DNA of 59,532 nucleotides from Escherichia phage vB_EcoP_phi315: sequence record PV189403.1; one strand, 5' to 3'. Shown piece by piece: positions 11,058 to 20,488 of this stretch (position 1 is its first letter; each line of letters starts with the position of its first letter). The notes under the pieces were generated by a model. It saw only the letters and a program-made list of their open reading frames with translations, ran no database searches and was not told where the DNA came from. The position numbers and the translations under genes were made by a program.

Positions 11058-11285
11058 ATGTACAAATGTGTTTTAGCTGTATTGATATTATTATCTGGTT
11101 GCAAATCTTTGCCAACTCCGCTTTGCCATGGTAAAGCATATTTAGGTGGGGAAGAAACTATAATACCAATTTATGGGATTAAGAAAAGCGGGAAGTATAA
11201 ATTGTATCATGCAGGGCATCACTACAACTGGCGTTGGGTTGGTGCTGGAGCATTTGACAGCACAACCTGCTCTCAAATAATGTAA
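11058..11285 (+). CDS. small lipoprotein (possible Cor/Llp-like superinfection-exclusion protein)
   Basis: ATG at 11058 preceded by AAGGAG; signal peptide with lipobox LLSGC; ~60-aa mature product; AT-rich moron downstream of the tail fiber. Confidence 0.5.
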   Translation: MYKCVLAVLILLSGCKSLPTPLCHGKAYLGGEETIIPIYGIKKSGKYKLYHAGHHYNWRWVGAGAFDSTTCSQIM

Positions 11286-11425
11286 ACCGTATACTATGTA
11301 TAAAATGTTTAGCTAATGCTAATTGATAAATTGTCATGAAACAGGCAAATCTGAAATACGTAAAGAAGCGCTACACAGCAGGAGATTTTTGTGTGGCTGG
11401 GTGCAGTGGCTGCCGTAATGATGCA

Positions 11426-11451
11426 ATAAAAAGGGGAGCAACATGCTCCCC
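11426..11451 (-). terminator. minus-strand-oriented intrinsic terminator inside the late region
   Basis: GGGGAGC-aacat-GCTCCCC hairpin with an A-tract on the plus side (T-tract on the minus strand). Confidence 0.4.
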
Positions 11452-11607
11452 GACCAGAAGAAAGAAGTTTGATAACAATTAGTGAGTTGTTACGTCTCGT
11501 CCAGAATATCATAGCAACACTCTGTTGCAGTGATGCCGATCGCGATTTTAGCGAATTCCATCATAAATCCCCTGATTTTTAAGCCTGAAGCAGTCAAAGG
11601 AATTTCT

Positions 11608-13233
11608 ATGCCTTATATCGATATCACCACGATGCGTGGGATGATGCCGCGCGTCGTGACATCCATGCTGCCCGATCATTCCGCTGTACTGGCGGAGGAC
11701 TGCCATTTCCGGTTTGGTGTTATTACACCAGAACGTCAGATATCCGGGGTTGAGAAAACATTCACAATTAAGCCAAAAACAATTTTTCATTACCGTGATG
11801 ATTTCTGGTTTGCGTGGCCGGATGTGGTGGATGTGATCCGTAGTCCCGTTGCTCAGGATAATTACGGGAGGATCTACTACACTGACGGAAAATTTCCAAA
11901 AGTCACGGCTGCTGAAATTGCCACCAAAGGAGAGGGTAATTTCCCTGCGGCATCATATCGTCTGGGGATCCCCGCACCGACAACAGCACCTGTTTGTACC
12001 GTTCAGAAGGGAGAAGGTGCCACTGACGAAAATCCGAATGATGATGAAACCCGCTTTTATACCGAAACCTTTGTATCGGCGTATGGTGAGGAAGGGCCTC
12101 CCGGACCTGAATCGCTGGAAGTCACCGTGGGGATCCCTGATACTCCGGTTCAGTTAACACTCTCTCCGGTTCCGTTGCAGGACGCAAACATCAATCGTCG
12201 TCGTATTTATCGTTCTGTCTCAGGGGGCGGAGAGGCCGATTTTTTACTCGTGGCTGAGCTTGAAGCATCCGTGCTCAGTTACACGGACAACATACCGGCG
12301 AAAAACCTCGGACCTTCTCTTGCAACATGGGATTACCTGCCGCCGCCGGAGAATATGACAGGTCTTTGCCTGATGGCGAATGGTATTGCCGCCGGATTTG
12401 CCGGTAATGAGGTAATGTTTTCGGAAGCGTATCTGCCGTATGCATGGCCCGAAGTGAATCGTCACACAACGGCTGAAGATATCGTGGCAGTCTGTCCGCT
12501 AGGAACATCACTGGTGGTGGCGACAAAGGGCGAGCCTTATTTGTTCAGTGGGGTTTCACCGTCCACAATTTCTGGTTCAAAAATCCCGTCAATGCAGGCG
12601 TGTCTGAGCAGGCAAAGTATGGTTGCGATGGAGGGATTTGTGCTGTATGCGGGAACAAATGGTCTTGTGTCTGTTGATGCAAACGGCAATGCCGCGCTGG
12701 CGACGGAACAGATTATTTCACCGGAGCAGTGGCAGAGTCAGTTTAACCCGGCGTCCATTGTGGCTTATTCCTGGCGTGGTGAGTACATTGCCTGTTACAC
12801 GAAACCGGATGGTAAGCAGGATGTGTTTGTATTCAGTCCGGTGAACATGGATATCCGTTATCTCAGTACACCGTTTGACTGCGCATGGGTTGATCTCGCG
12901 AAAGATATGATGCGCGTGGTGACAGGAGACAAAATGTCAGTGCTTGCCGGGGGCTCTCTGCCCTCCACGATAAGGTGGCATTCAAAAATTTTTTCATTAC
13001 CTGAAAGAACCTCTTTTTCCTGTATCAGGGTGAAATCTCCGGCGCCTGAGCGGGTGGGGATCACCATTATGGCTGATGATGTTCCTGTGATTAATTTTGC
13101 GCCGGGTACGTTTAAGGGAAGTGTGGTGAGACTTCCGGCAGCAACCGGGCAAAACTGGCAGGTGATGGTATCCGGATTCGGGCAGGTGGAACGAATAACC
13201 CTGAGTACATCGATGTCGGAGATGCCGGTATGA
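11608..13233 (+). CDS. hypothetical tail protein
   Basis: ATG at 11608 (MPYIDITT) with AAGGAA RBS; 541 aa; track ORF 11530..13233. Confidence 0.5.
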   Translation: MPYIDITTMRGMMPRVVTSMLPDHSAVLAEDCHFRFGVITPERQISGVEKTFTIKPKTIFHYRDDFWFAWPDVVDVIRSPVAQDNYGRIYYTDGKFPKVTAAEIATKGEGNFPAASYRLGIPAPTTAPVCTVQKGEGATDENPNDDETRFYTETFVSAYGEEGPPGPESLEVTVGIPDTPVQLTLSPVPLQDANINRRRIYRSVSGGGEADFLLVAELEASVLSYTDNIPAKNLGPSLATWDYLPPPENMTGLCLMANGIAAGFAGNEVMFSEAYLPYAWPEVNRHTTAEDIVAVCPLGTSLVVATKGEPYLFSGVSPSTISGSKIPSMQACLSRQSMVAMEGFVLYAGTNGLVSVDANGNAALATEQIISPEQWQSQFNPASIVAYSWRGEYIACYTKPDGKQDVFVFSPVNMDIRYLSTPFDCAWVDLAKDMMRVVTGDKMSVLAGGSLPSTIRWHSKIFSLPERTSFSCIRVKSPAPERVGITIMADDVPVINFAPGTFKGSVVRLPAATGQNWQVMVSGFGQVERITLSTSMSEMPV

Positions 13234-14498
13234 CCAGAAAACCGTGGCGTGCGGGGAAGGATTTATCCACAGTTGTGGAGAACATGGAAATTGGCACCGG
13301 GCAGCGTGGTGACGGACGCCACGCATTTGTGACCCGTGAGGAACTGGTTGGTCTTAAACTCGCCCGGCGTCGAACATCGGGTGGTGCCTCATATGCACTG
13401 AATCCGGGTATTGAGATTGACAGTACTTTAATGACTGTTGATTTTCCCACAAAACCGCTGAATTTTAAGGCGACAGGAGGATTTGGCTCGGTTCTTCTTG
13501 AATGGGATATGCCTAATTATCGCGGACATTCACTGACTGAAATCTGGCGGGGTACGGAGGATGACCTTGCTGATGCAGTGCTGGTTGCCACGACGCCGGG
13601 GCAGGTTTACGGCGATCCGGTTGACCCTGGCTGGTCGGGATTTTACTGGATACGTTTTGTTAACGCGGCAGGAGTGAAAGGTCCATGGAATGCTGAAAAA
13701 GGCACTCAGGCACAAACACAGATCGGCGTGAAGGCCATCATTGACCAGATCCGCGATGAGGCTGCAAAGTCGCCGGTTGTGTCCGAGCTGCGTAAAGAAA
13801 TAAAAAACGCGCAGGGGCAGGCTGTAAAGGATGCTGCAATTAAGACAACCGAAGTTGTGGGGACTCTCAGGGAAGAAACGACAAGAACGATTGGTGGTAT
13901 TGAAACCCGCATTAGCACACTGGATTCGTCAACCAGTGAATCGCTTAATGAGGTCGACAAGCGCATCACTAAACTGGATAAAGAAGGCGGTGGGGCGTTT
14001 CTGGCAATGTGGTCAAAAAAAGCGGGAGTTGATGGTATCACTGCGGGGATCGGGATTGTCGCCGGAAAAGACAGTGAAGGCAGGCCTGTAAGTCATGTTG
14101 CAATTTCTGCGTCGCAGTTGTTTGTCTTTGACCCGAACAACCCGGATAACACCGCCTATCCGTTTGCGGTATCAGGTGGCAAGGTTGTGATCCCGAAAGC
14201 GATGATTTATGACGCGGTGATTGAAACACTGGTGTCGCGGAAGGTTGTGGCGGATGAGGTAAAAGCCGGGGTAAGTATCACTTCGCCAGTTATCCGGAGT
14301 GCCGTTATTCAGAACGGAAACTTTCAGGTTGATTCTCAGGGTAACCTGAATATTGGAGGCCTTTTCAGTGTTACGTCACAAGGGCAACTGACAATTCGTT
14401 ACTCTAATCAGAATGTAGGACTGGTGATCCGCAATGATAAAATTGAGGTTTATGATCAGAATGGACGACTGGCTGTTCGCATAGGCAGATTACGCTGA
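13230..14498 (+). CDS. hypothetical tail protein
   Basis: 422-aa ORF coupled by ATGA overlap to the preceding gene. Confidence 0.5.
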   Translation: MTRKPWRAGKDLSTVVENMEIGTGQRGDGRHAFVTREELVGLKLARRRTSGGASYALNPGIEIDSTLMTVDFPTKPLNFKATGGFGSVLLEWDMPNYRGHSLTEIWRGTEDDLADAVLVATTPGQVYGDPVDPGWSGFYWIRFVNAAGVKGPWNAEKGTQAQTQIGVKAIIDQIRDEAAKSPVVSELRKEIKNAQGQAVKDAAIKTTEVVGTLREETTRTIGGIETRISTLDSSTSESLNEVDKRITKLDKEGGGAFLAMWSKKAGVDGITAGIGIVAGKDSEGRPVSHVAISASQLFVFDPNNPDNTAYPFAVSGGKVVIPKAMIYDAVIETLVSRKVVADEVKAGVSITSPVIRSAVIQNGNFQVDSQGNLNIGGLFSVTSQGQLTIRYSNQNVGLVIRNDKIEVYDQNGRLAVRIGRLR

Positions 14499-14512
14499 TC
14501 AGGAGGTGAGTA

Positions 14513-14791
14513 TTGGAATACGGTTTTGCCATTTATAACAGAAATAACGTTAATGTTACGGGCGTGCTGACTCCGGTATTTTTCCTGGACAGATTTACAG
14601 CGGAGTCTGGCTCAAAGACGTACACGAATAAACCCGACGGGAAATCATTGCAGGCTGTATGTTGTTTATTTCCCTGGGATAATGTATTTGCGGATCGGAA
14701 AGTACCGAAGATAACCATTAATGGCAATACGGTGACGTGGTCGAATCTTGAGCAGGGTATGGGATCTTATATTTATACATTCTGGGGATAA
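14513..14791 (+). CDS. hypothetical protein (shares YG-[FIL]-[AS]-[IM]-[YM]-N motif with next gene)
   Basis: 92-aa ORF; motif YGFAIYNRNN also present twice in the following ORF. Confidence 0.4.
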   Translation: MEYGFAIYNRNNVNVTGVLTPVFFLDRFTAESGSKTYTNKPDGKSLQAVCCLFPWDNVFADRKVPKITINGNTVTWSNLEQGMGSYIYTFWG

Positions 14792-14796
14792 GTGTC

Positions 14797-15414
14797 ATGT
14801 ATGGTTTGAGCATTATGAAGCCGGATGGCAGCGTATGGATAAGTCCAGGTTTTACGCCGCAGTGTCTGATCAACAAAGGCACCATACCGGCGACTGAAAA
14901 GTCTTTTTTTAAAACATCAATCCCGTCAGGCAAAAGTTGTTTTTTCTTTATCAGAACAGAGAAGAAGGCCGATGTCATGTACACGCATGAACAGATTGAT
15001 GGATATCATGCACTAAGGCTTCATGTAATTGTCAGGGGAACGAACCCTGGTGTTACGACGGTTTATGCTTTCGCGAATATGGTTACTCCACCTTCTGAGT
15101 ATGGTATCGCCATGTATAACCCGGACGGTGAGATGATTTATCATGGCGAAATGATGCTGCTTGACGCGAAGTTAATACCTGTTGATATCAAATTTGAAAA
15201 GGACCTTGGATATCCATGCGCAATCATGCCTGCACTGGTCGGGTATTATAACTGGAAAAGAACTCCTTATGATCGACCGATTTATACCACATCCACTGGT
15301 GCTACAGGAAATAAAATATATTCCTGTGAGCATTATTCCGGCGGTGCAACATGGGATATTCGAAAGCCGTATATAGATAAGGTCCTGGTTATTAATACAT
15401 CAGTATATGATTAG
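14797..15414 (+). CDS. hypothetical protein, paralog-like of the preceding ORF
   Basis: 205 aa with repeated MYGLSIMKPDG / YGIAMYNPDG segments. Confidence 0.4.
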   Translation: MYGLSIMKPDGSVWISPGFTPQCLINKGTIPATEKSFFKTSIPSGKSCFFFIRTEKKADVMYTHEQIDGYHALRLHVIVRGTNPGVTTVYAFANMVTPPSEYGIAMYNPDGEMIYHGEMMLLDAKLIPVDIKFEKDLGYPCAIMPALVGYYNWKRTPYDRPIYTTSTGATGNKIYSCEHYSGGATWDIRKPYIDKVLVINTSVYD

Positions 15415-15504
15415 TTGAAGCGAGTCTTTAATATTCATTTAAAATGTCTAAAAAGATGTATTATTAAAAAGTTTAGCGTGTTATCTGAATACAGGATATC
15501 TTAA

Positions 15505-16239
15505 ATGAAGAGTATAGCAACACTGGTTGTGTGTGCAATCTCCGGGATTGCCTGTGTAAATTTATCTGCACATGCAGCAGAAGGAAACCATACAATTTCT
15601 CTGGGGTATGCGCACTTTCAGTTTCCGGGACTGAAGGATTTTGTAAAGGATGCGACTGCTCATAACAGGGAGACTTTCAGTCATTTCGTCAACAGAAACT
15701 ACTTTTCTTCATTGGGCGAATATACAGATGGTCGGGTCAGTGGATATGAAGGCAAGGATAAAAATCCACAGGGCATTAATATCAGGTATCGCTACGAGAT
15801 AACGGATGATTTTGGCGTTATCACCTCTTTTACATGGACGCGTTCTCTCACTAACTCACAGACATTTATTGATGTGCAGTCAGCCGATCATACCAGGAAG
15901 ATTAAGAATCCGGCAGCTTCTGCCAGAACGGATATCAGAGCGAATTACTGGAGTCTGTTAGCGGGGCCTTCATGGCGGGTTAATCAGTACATGAGTTTAT
16001 ATGCGATGGCAGGGATGGGCGTAGCTAAAGTTACCGCTGACCTGAAAATTAAGGATAATGTTAACAGTACTGGCGGATTTTCTGAAAGCAACAGCACGAA
16101 AAAAACTTCCCTGGCGTGGGCTGCAGGTGCACAGTTTAACCTGAATGAGAGTGTTACACTGGATGTGGCTTACGAAGGTTCCGGCTCTGGTGACTGGCGT
16201 ACGAGTGGAGTTACTGCTGGCATTGGCCTGAAATTCTGA
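15505..16239 (+). CDS. lom: Lom/Ail-family outer membrane beta-barrel protein
   Basis: 244 aa with signal peptide, alternating beta-strand pattern and C-terminal aromatic residue (GIGLKF); AT-rich moron with its own terminator. Confidence 0.8.
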   Translation: MKSIATLVVCAISGIACVNLSAHAAEGNHTISLGYAHFQFPGLKDFVKDATAHNRETFSHFVNRNYFSSLGEYTDGRVSGYEGKDKNPQGINIRYRYEITDDFGVITSFTWTRSLTNSQTFIDVQSADHTRKIKNPAASARTDIRANYWSLLAGPSWRVNQYMSLYAMAGMGVAKVTADLKIKDNVNSTGGFSESNSTKKTSLAWAAGAQFNLNESVTLDVAYEGSGSGDWRTSGVTAGIGLKF

Positions 16240-16262
16240 CCTGTATCCGGTAACCGTTTACT

Positions 16263-16287
16263 ACCCGCTGTGATGGCGGGTTTTTTA
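16263..16287 (+). terminator. intrinsic terminator after lom
   Basis: ACCCGC-tgtgatg-GCGGGT hairpin followed by TTTTTTATT. Confidence 0.6.
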
Positions 16288-16472
16288 TTGCCCGTACAGG
16301 GCAAAAACCGTAAATTATGCGCGGGTGCCTTTCGGCTGATGGCTGGAGGGAGAACCTGAAGGCCTGATGTGGAAAGGCCCCGAGTCAACTTTAATGTTAA
16401 CCCGAGGCCCTAACACTTCGTACCTTAAGCAAGTAGAAGGTTAGCGCCTCTCTGTAAAAGGAGTCAAGCGCT

Positions 16473-16613
16473 ATGCCGCAAAAAACGATCATAGTCAGCA
16501 TTTTATGCATAACTATTTTGGTGATTGTCTGGATGATACACAACTCACACTGTGAGTTCAGGCTTAACATCATGTGGTCACAATTTGCGGCGTTCTTGCA
16601 GTGTAAACAGTAA
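16473..16613 (+). CDS. hok: Hok/Gef-family type I toxin-like small membrane peptide
   Basis: 46-aa ORF not in the track (below cutoff), with AAGGAG RBS: MPQKTIIVSILCITILVIVWMIHNSHCEFRLNIMWSQFAAFLQCKQ. Carries ICIT TM motif, CE-F-R and AAF motifs; 9-bp-stem GAAA hairpin at 16622-16643. Confidence 0.55.
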   Translation: MPQKTIIVSILCITILVIVWMIHNSHCEFRLNIMWSQFAAFLQCKQ

Positions 16614-16668
16614 GAAACCTCGACGGGGACGAAAGTCCCCGTCAACTGGTTGCTGAGGTTCAGCCGAT

Positions 16669-17070
16669 ATGGCACCCGTTTCTGGTGAGAGAATGGACGA
16701 CAAAATTCTCCGGTATATGCAGCGTGTTGTGAGAAATTCCCGCAACCCTGAATTTATGAATGAAGTTAAAGACGCCTGCCTTAAAAAGCAGGCGTTTTGC
16801 TTTGAGGCACCGGATGGTTTTCTGGTGCTGCGTTCTGTGCTCAGTGACGACGGTATCCCTTATGTTCTGGTGTTGCTGGGTGTGTGTACGGGGAGTGCCG
16901 GTGTTGAGCGTTATCTGCCGGAGGTGAAGACATTAACCAGTCTGGCTGGCGGACGCTGGGCTGAATTCCACACGGCAAGGCGGGGATTTATCCGGCTGGG
17001 AAAACGTCTGGGCTTTGAGCGAATGCCGGATGATGAGGATGGCTTCATGGTGTTCAGGATAGCGGTCTGA
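16669..17070 (+). CDS. hypothetical protein (moron)
   Basis: 133-aa ORF (alternative start 16693, MDDKIL) between the hok-like locus and a terminator; no recognisable motif. Confidence 0.4.
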   Translation: MAPVSGERMDDKILRYMQRVVRNSRNPEFMNEVKDACLKKQAFCFEAPDGFLVLRSVLSDDGIPYVLVLLGVCTGSAGVERYLPEVKTLTSLAGGRWAEFHTARRGFIRLGKRLGFERMPDDEDGFMVFRIAV

Positions 17071-17123
17071 CTGCCACTGTATTCATCATCGTGTGTAAAC
17101 CAACATTGCACTTCACATTCTGA

Positions 17124-17146
17124 CCCTGCCCCGGCAGGGTTTTTTG
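17124..17146 (+). terminator. intrinsic terminator
   Basis: CCCTGC-cccg-GCAGGG hairpin followed by TTTTTTGTT. Confidence 0.6.
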
Positions 17147-17163
17147 TTATCTGAGGAGCCATA

Positions 17164-17817
17164 ATGGGCGGAAAAAAAGGCGGTGGTGATACCAAAGTAA
17201 AACCAACAGCAGCGCAAATAGCACAGGAAGAGGTGGCCTGGAAAGGGTGGCAGGATTACAAAAATATTCTCCGTCCGGCAGAAGATAACTTCATGGAAAA
17301 GGTCGATGACCTTAACAGTGAGCAGCAGTACGACAATATCGCCGGTACAACAAATCTGGGATATCAGAAACAGTTTGGTGAAACGCGAAGGGAGCTTGCG
17401 GGTAATCTTGCTCAGTCCGGCGTTGACCCATCCAGTGGTCGTTTTAATGCGGTAATGGATGCAAATCAAAGCGACCAGGTGACCGGGCAGATTGACACGA
17501 CCACACGGGGGCAGGTATCGCAGGCAGATAAATATATTGCCGGGCTACAGGATGTTGCGGCTCTCGGTTCCGGTCAGAAGGCCGATGCGTTACAGAGTTT
17601 TAACTCTCTGGCAGACAGCAGTCTGGCAAAAGCCAAATCAGATGCACAGGCGGCGTTTACAAAACAACAGGGGCGGGCCTCTCTTGTTGGCGCTGGTCTG
17701 GGGGCGGTTGGGGCTTATGCAATGCATAAGGCTGGCGGTAGCGGAAGTGGAGGTTCTAAAACGCCAGACACCGGCGCTAACGCTATTCAGAGTCAGGCTC
17801 AGAACTGGAGACTGTAA
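17164..17817 (+). CDS. hypothetical virion protein (possible internal/ejection protein)
   Basis: 217-aa ORF with GAGGAG RBS; Gly/Ala/Gln-rich; first gene of a tightly packed cluster at the end of the late operon. Confidence 0.4.
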   Translation: MGGKKGGGDTKVKPTAAQIAQEEVAWKGWQDYKNILRPAEDNFMEKVDDLNSEQQYDNIAGTTNLGYQKQFGETRRELAGNLAQSGVDPSSGRFNAVMDANQSDQVTGQIDTTTRGQVSQADKYIAGLQDVAALGSGQKADALQSFNSLADSSLAKAKSDAQAAFTKQQGRASLVGAGLGAVGAYAMHKAGGSGSGGSKTPDTGANAIQSQAQNWRL

Positions 17818-17819
17818 TT

Positions 17820-18266
17820 ATGGAGTATGGCAAATACGAAACTCTCGCAAGGGCTGGTTATTCAGGAGCAGACCGCCCACAGGGTGACTGGCAGACGTCA
17901 GCAGCGCTGACACGCCAACAATACGACGACTGGCGAACCAGATATTTGCCCCGCGTGGCAAGGCTGGCTGACCTTGGTGAGAACAACAGCCTGATGAATG
18001 CACAGCTTGCCCGGGTGGGCGGCCTTGCCACTTCCAGTCTCCGTACAGCGCAGATGGCACAGGATAACCAGATGGCGAGATACGGGGTAAATCGTCCGGA
18101 TAATCCCAACAGTAACACACTGGGTTTGCGTAATGCTCTGGCAATTGCTGGCGCGAAAAATGGTATCCGTGAAGCAGAGCAGGATCGCCAGATGAACATA
18201 CTGACGGGGGCTTCTGCACCTGCAAGACAACAACTGAGTGTTGGCGGTCAAATGATGACAGCGTAA
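17820..18266 (+). CDS. hypothetical protein
   Basis: 148-aa ORF starting 3 nt after the previous stop. Confidence 0.4.
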   Translation: MEYGKYETLARAGYSGADRPQGDWQTSAALTRQQYDDWRTRYLPRVARLADLGENNSLMNAQLARVGGLATSSLRTAQMAQDNQMARYGVNRPDNPNSNTLGLRNALAIAGAKNGIREAEQDRQMNILTGASAPARQQLSVGGQMMTA

Positions 18267-18276
18267 GGGGGAAGAT

Positions 18277-18528
18277 ATGGGGTACGGCTTACTGGATATT
18301 GCGAATCAGTCACGGCGTGAGGCATTACAGGGAATAAGTGACGCAGACCGACGACGTGAAGAAATTGAGGCTGCGAACAAACAGATGGCGGCGCAACAGA
18401 AAGCGCAGAACAAGCAGAATATCGGTACGGGCATTGGTACGGGGGCGGCTATTGGCGCATCCGTTGGTGGTCCTGTTGGCGCTGTTGCTGGTGCAGTAAT
18501 TGGCGGCATTGCTGGTTCTTTGTTTTAA
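18277..18528 (+). CDS. small glycine-zipper protein
   Basis: 83 aa with C-terminal GxxxG-rich tract (GTGIGTGAAIGASVGGPVGAVAGAVIGGIAG). Confidence 0.4.
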   Translation: MGYGLLDIANQSRREALQGISDADRRREEIEAANKQMAAQQKAQNKQNIGTGIGTGAAIGASVGGPVGAVAGAVIGGIAGSLF

Positions 18529-18538
18529 GGAGTGGTGA

Positions 18539-19804
18539 ATGAGCGGATTTGCACAGGGGTTACTTGCCGGATTCAGCACTGTTGACCAGGCAATGACCCG
18601 TCGTAAGGAGCTTGGTTTGCGAGAAGCACAGCTTGCTCAGCAACAGAAAAATAACGAGCGCGATTTTGAATTTGCGCAGTCTCAGTTTGAACATAATAAA
18701 GACGTTGATCAGCGGAACTTTGATTACAGAGCCAAAGTTGATGACCGCAATTACGCACTGCAGGAAAGGGAGTTTAACGCCAACCAGAATTACCGGAATG
18801 CGTCGCTGGGGATGGAACAGCAACGACTCCAGTTGCAGAAATACAACCAGCGACGGCTTGAGTATAACGATATGCTGGCACGTGATCAGTCGGTGATGGT
18901 GGCGCTGGGAAAAGCGATTGATGCAGGTGACCATGATGCGGCCTCTCGTCTGTTCGGAAAATTATCGGATGCCAACCCCATTAAAATAATATCAACGGAA
19001 GGCTATGCTGCGAAGGCGGGTCAGGCCGTGAACAACCTGCAGAAAATCTTTGATGATAAGCCGGACAGGGCGATCGATTCGCTGAATACCCCGGAAAATC
19101 TCGATGTGCTTTCCGGCGTGTTTGCCCCGGAACTACAACAGCGTATTGGCATGCCTGATTCAACCGGGGAAAAAACGATAAAAGAGGCCAGGATTGGCAG
19201 TATCGTACCGGCGCAGCAGGAAGGGTACGTACTTATTGGCCTTGATCTCACATACAGCGATGGCTCCACCGCGCATAAACCTGTAACAGAATACGGCAGT
19301 GCGCACCCTGATGATCAAACCGTGCTGGCGATACCCGTTGATAAGGCTATCGCTCAGGTCAGGGATCGCAGCAAATTTGCAGAGATATCGAAAAATTATG
19401 GTTATTTTATGCCGAAGCAGCAGGGACTTTCTCTGAAAGAGCTTCAGAAGGGGGCCAGCAACGTAGCGGCGGACGCGATTAAGAATGGCGGTAATGCTCA
19501 GGCTGCGGTGGATGAATATTATGCTGCGACTGGTTCACAACCGCATCAACAGAAAATTCAGCAACAAAAACTTCAGCAACAGGTTATCAACTGGGCGGGA
19601 GATGATCCTGATAAGCTGTCATTTGCCAGAAATGTAGCGGCCCGTCAGCCTGAAATGCTGGAACCTCAGAATCAGAAATTGCTGGAGAACGGGTATGCGA
19701 ATTTTCTCCGTATTCAAAAGGCCAGGGGGGAACAGGCCAGAGATGAAAGTGCTTCATCTGCATCTCAGTTTATCCGTGGACTGAAACAGAATTACGCCCA
19801 GTAA
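18539..19804 (+). CDS. hypothetical virion protein
   Basis: 421-aa Gln/Asn-rich ORF. Confidence 0.4.
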   Translation: MSGFAQGLLAGFSTVDQAMTRRKELGLREAQLAQQQKNNERDFEFAQSQFEHNKDVDQRNFDYRAKVDDRNYALQEREFNANQNYRNASLGMEQQRLQLQKYNQRRLEYNDMLARDQSVMVALGKAIDAGDHDAASRLFGKLSDANPIKIISTEGYAAKAGQAVNNLQKIFDDKPDRAIDSLNTPENLDVLSGVFAPELQQRIGMPDSTGEKTIKEARIGSIVPAQQEGYVLIGLDLTYSDGSTAHKPVTEYGSAHPDDQTVLAIPVDKAIAQVRDRSKFAEISKNYGYFMPKQQGLSLKELQKGASNVAADAIKNGGNAQAAVDEYYAATGSQPHQQKIQQQKLQQQVINWAGDDPDKLSFARNVAARQPEMLEPQNQKLLENGYANFLRIQKARGEQARDESASSASQFIRGLKQNYAQ

Positions 19805-19837
19805 TTCACGATATTCCATTAATACCATTTCCTGATG

Positions 19838-19862
19838 CCCGGCCATTGTGCCGGGTTTTTTT
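19838..19862 (+). terminator. intrinsic terminator
   Basis: CCCGGC-cattgt-GCCGGG hairpin followed by TTTTTTTAT. Confidence 0.6.
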
Positions 19863-19873
19863 ATGGAGTCTGT

Positions 19874-20488
19874 ATGGCCTATTCAGAGGAACAGCGTCCT
19901 GAGGCGCAACTCGGTAACCAGAATCGTAACAGCCTGAACATTCAGCAACCCGGCGAAACTGACAGCTATGAAGCATTTTTCTCTGATCCGAATCGCTGGA
20001 AGGATAACAGTACGTCGTTCAGCCTGGGCGATGTATTGCCAACAATGGGTAAAGGTTTCGCCCAGTCCGTCCGGGGAACAGGGGAAATGGCCCGTGGACT
20101 CGGTGATGCGATGATTCAGAGCCCGGTAAAAACAGGGGCGCGTATTTTAAATGAGTTCAGCCGTATGGGGCTGCCGGGTGTCGCAACTGTGCAGGATATT
20201 TTTGCCGGTGGCAGCAGGGGGGCTGATGAGGTCATCGATACCCTGCCTGATGGCAAAAACGCGGTGACTGATGCTGTCGGTAAAGGTCTGAAGGTCACAG
20301 GCAAGTCAGTCAGTGATGGTGCTAAAGCCTCGGATGAATGGCTGACCGATAATATGTCGCCGGGTGCTGTGCGTGCGCTGAATACGCCAATGAGTGAAGG
20401 CTATGATGATCCCGCAGTCTGGCTGACTAAGGGGATGAATTTTGATCGGTGCCGTTGCGGCAGATGTGTTTGCTGGCGGTGTGGCTAA
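19874..20488 (+). CDS. hypothetical protein (possibly N-terminal part of a larger product)
   Basis: ATG at 19874 (MAYSEEQ) after GGAG; C-terminal 15 aa are Cys/Arg-rich and overlap the next ORF in another frame. Confidence 0.35.
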   Translation: MAYSEEQRPEAQLGNQNRNSLNIQQPGETDSYEAFFSDPNRWKDNSTSFSLGDVLPTMGKGFAQSVRGTGEMARGLGDAMIQSPVKTGARILNEFSRMGLPGVATVQDIFAGGSRGADEVIDTLPDGKNAVTDAVGKGLKVTGKSVSDGAKASDEWLTDNMSPGAVRALNTPMSEGYDDPAVWLTKGMNFDRCRCGRCVCWRCG

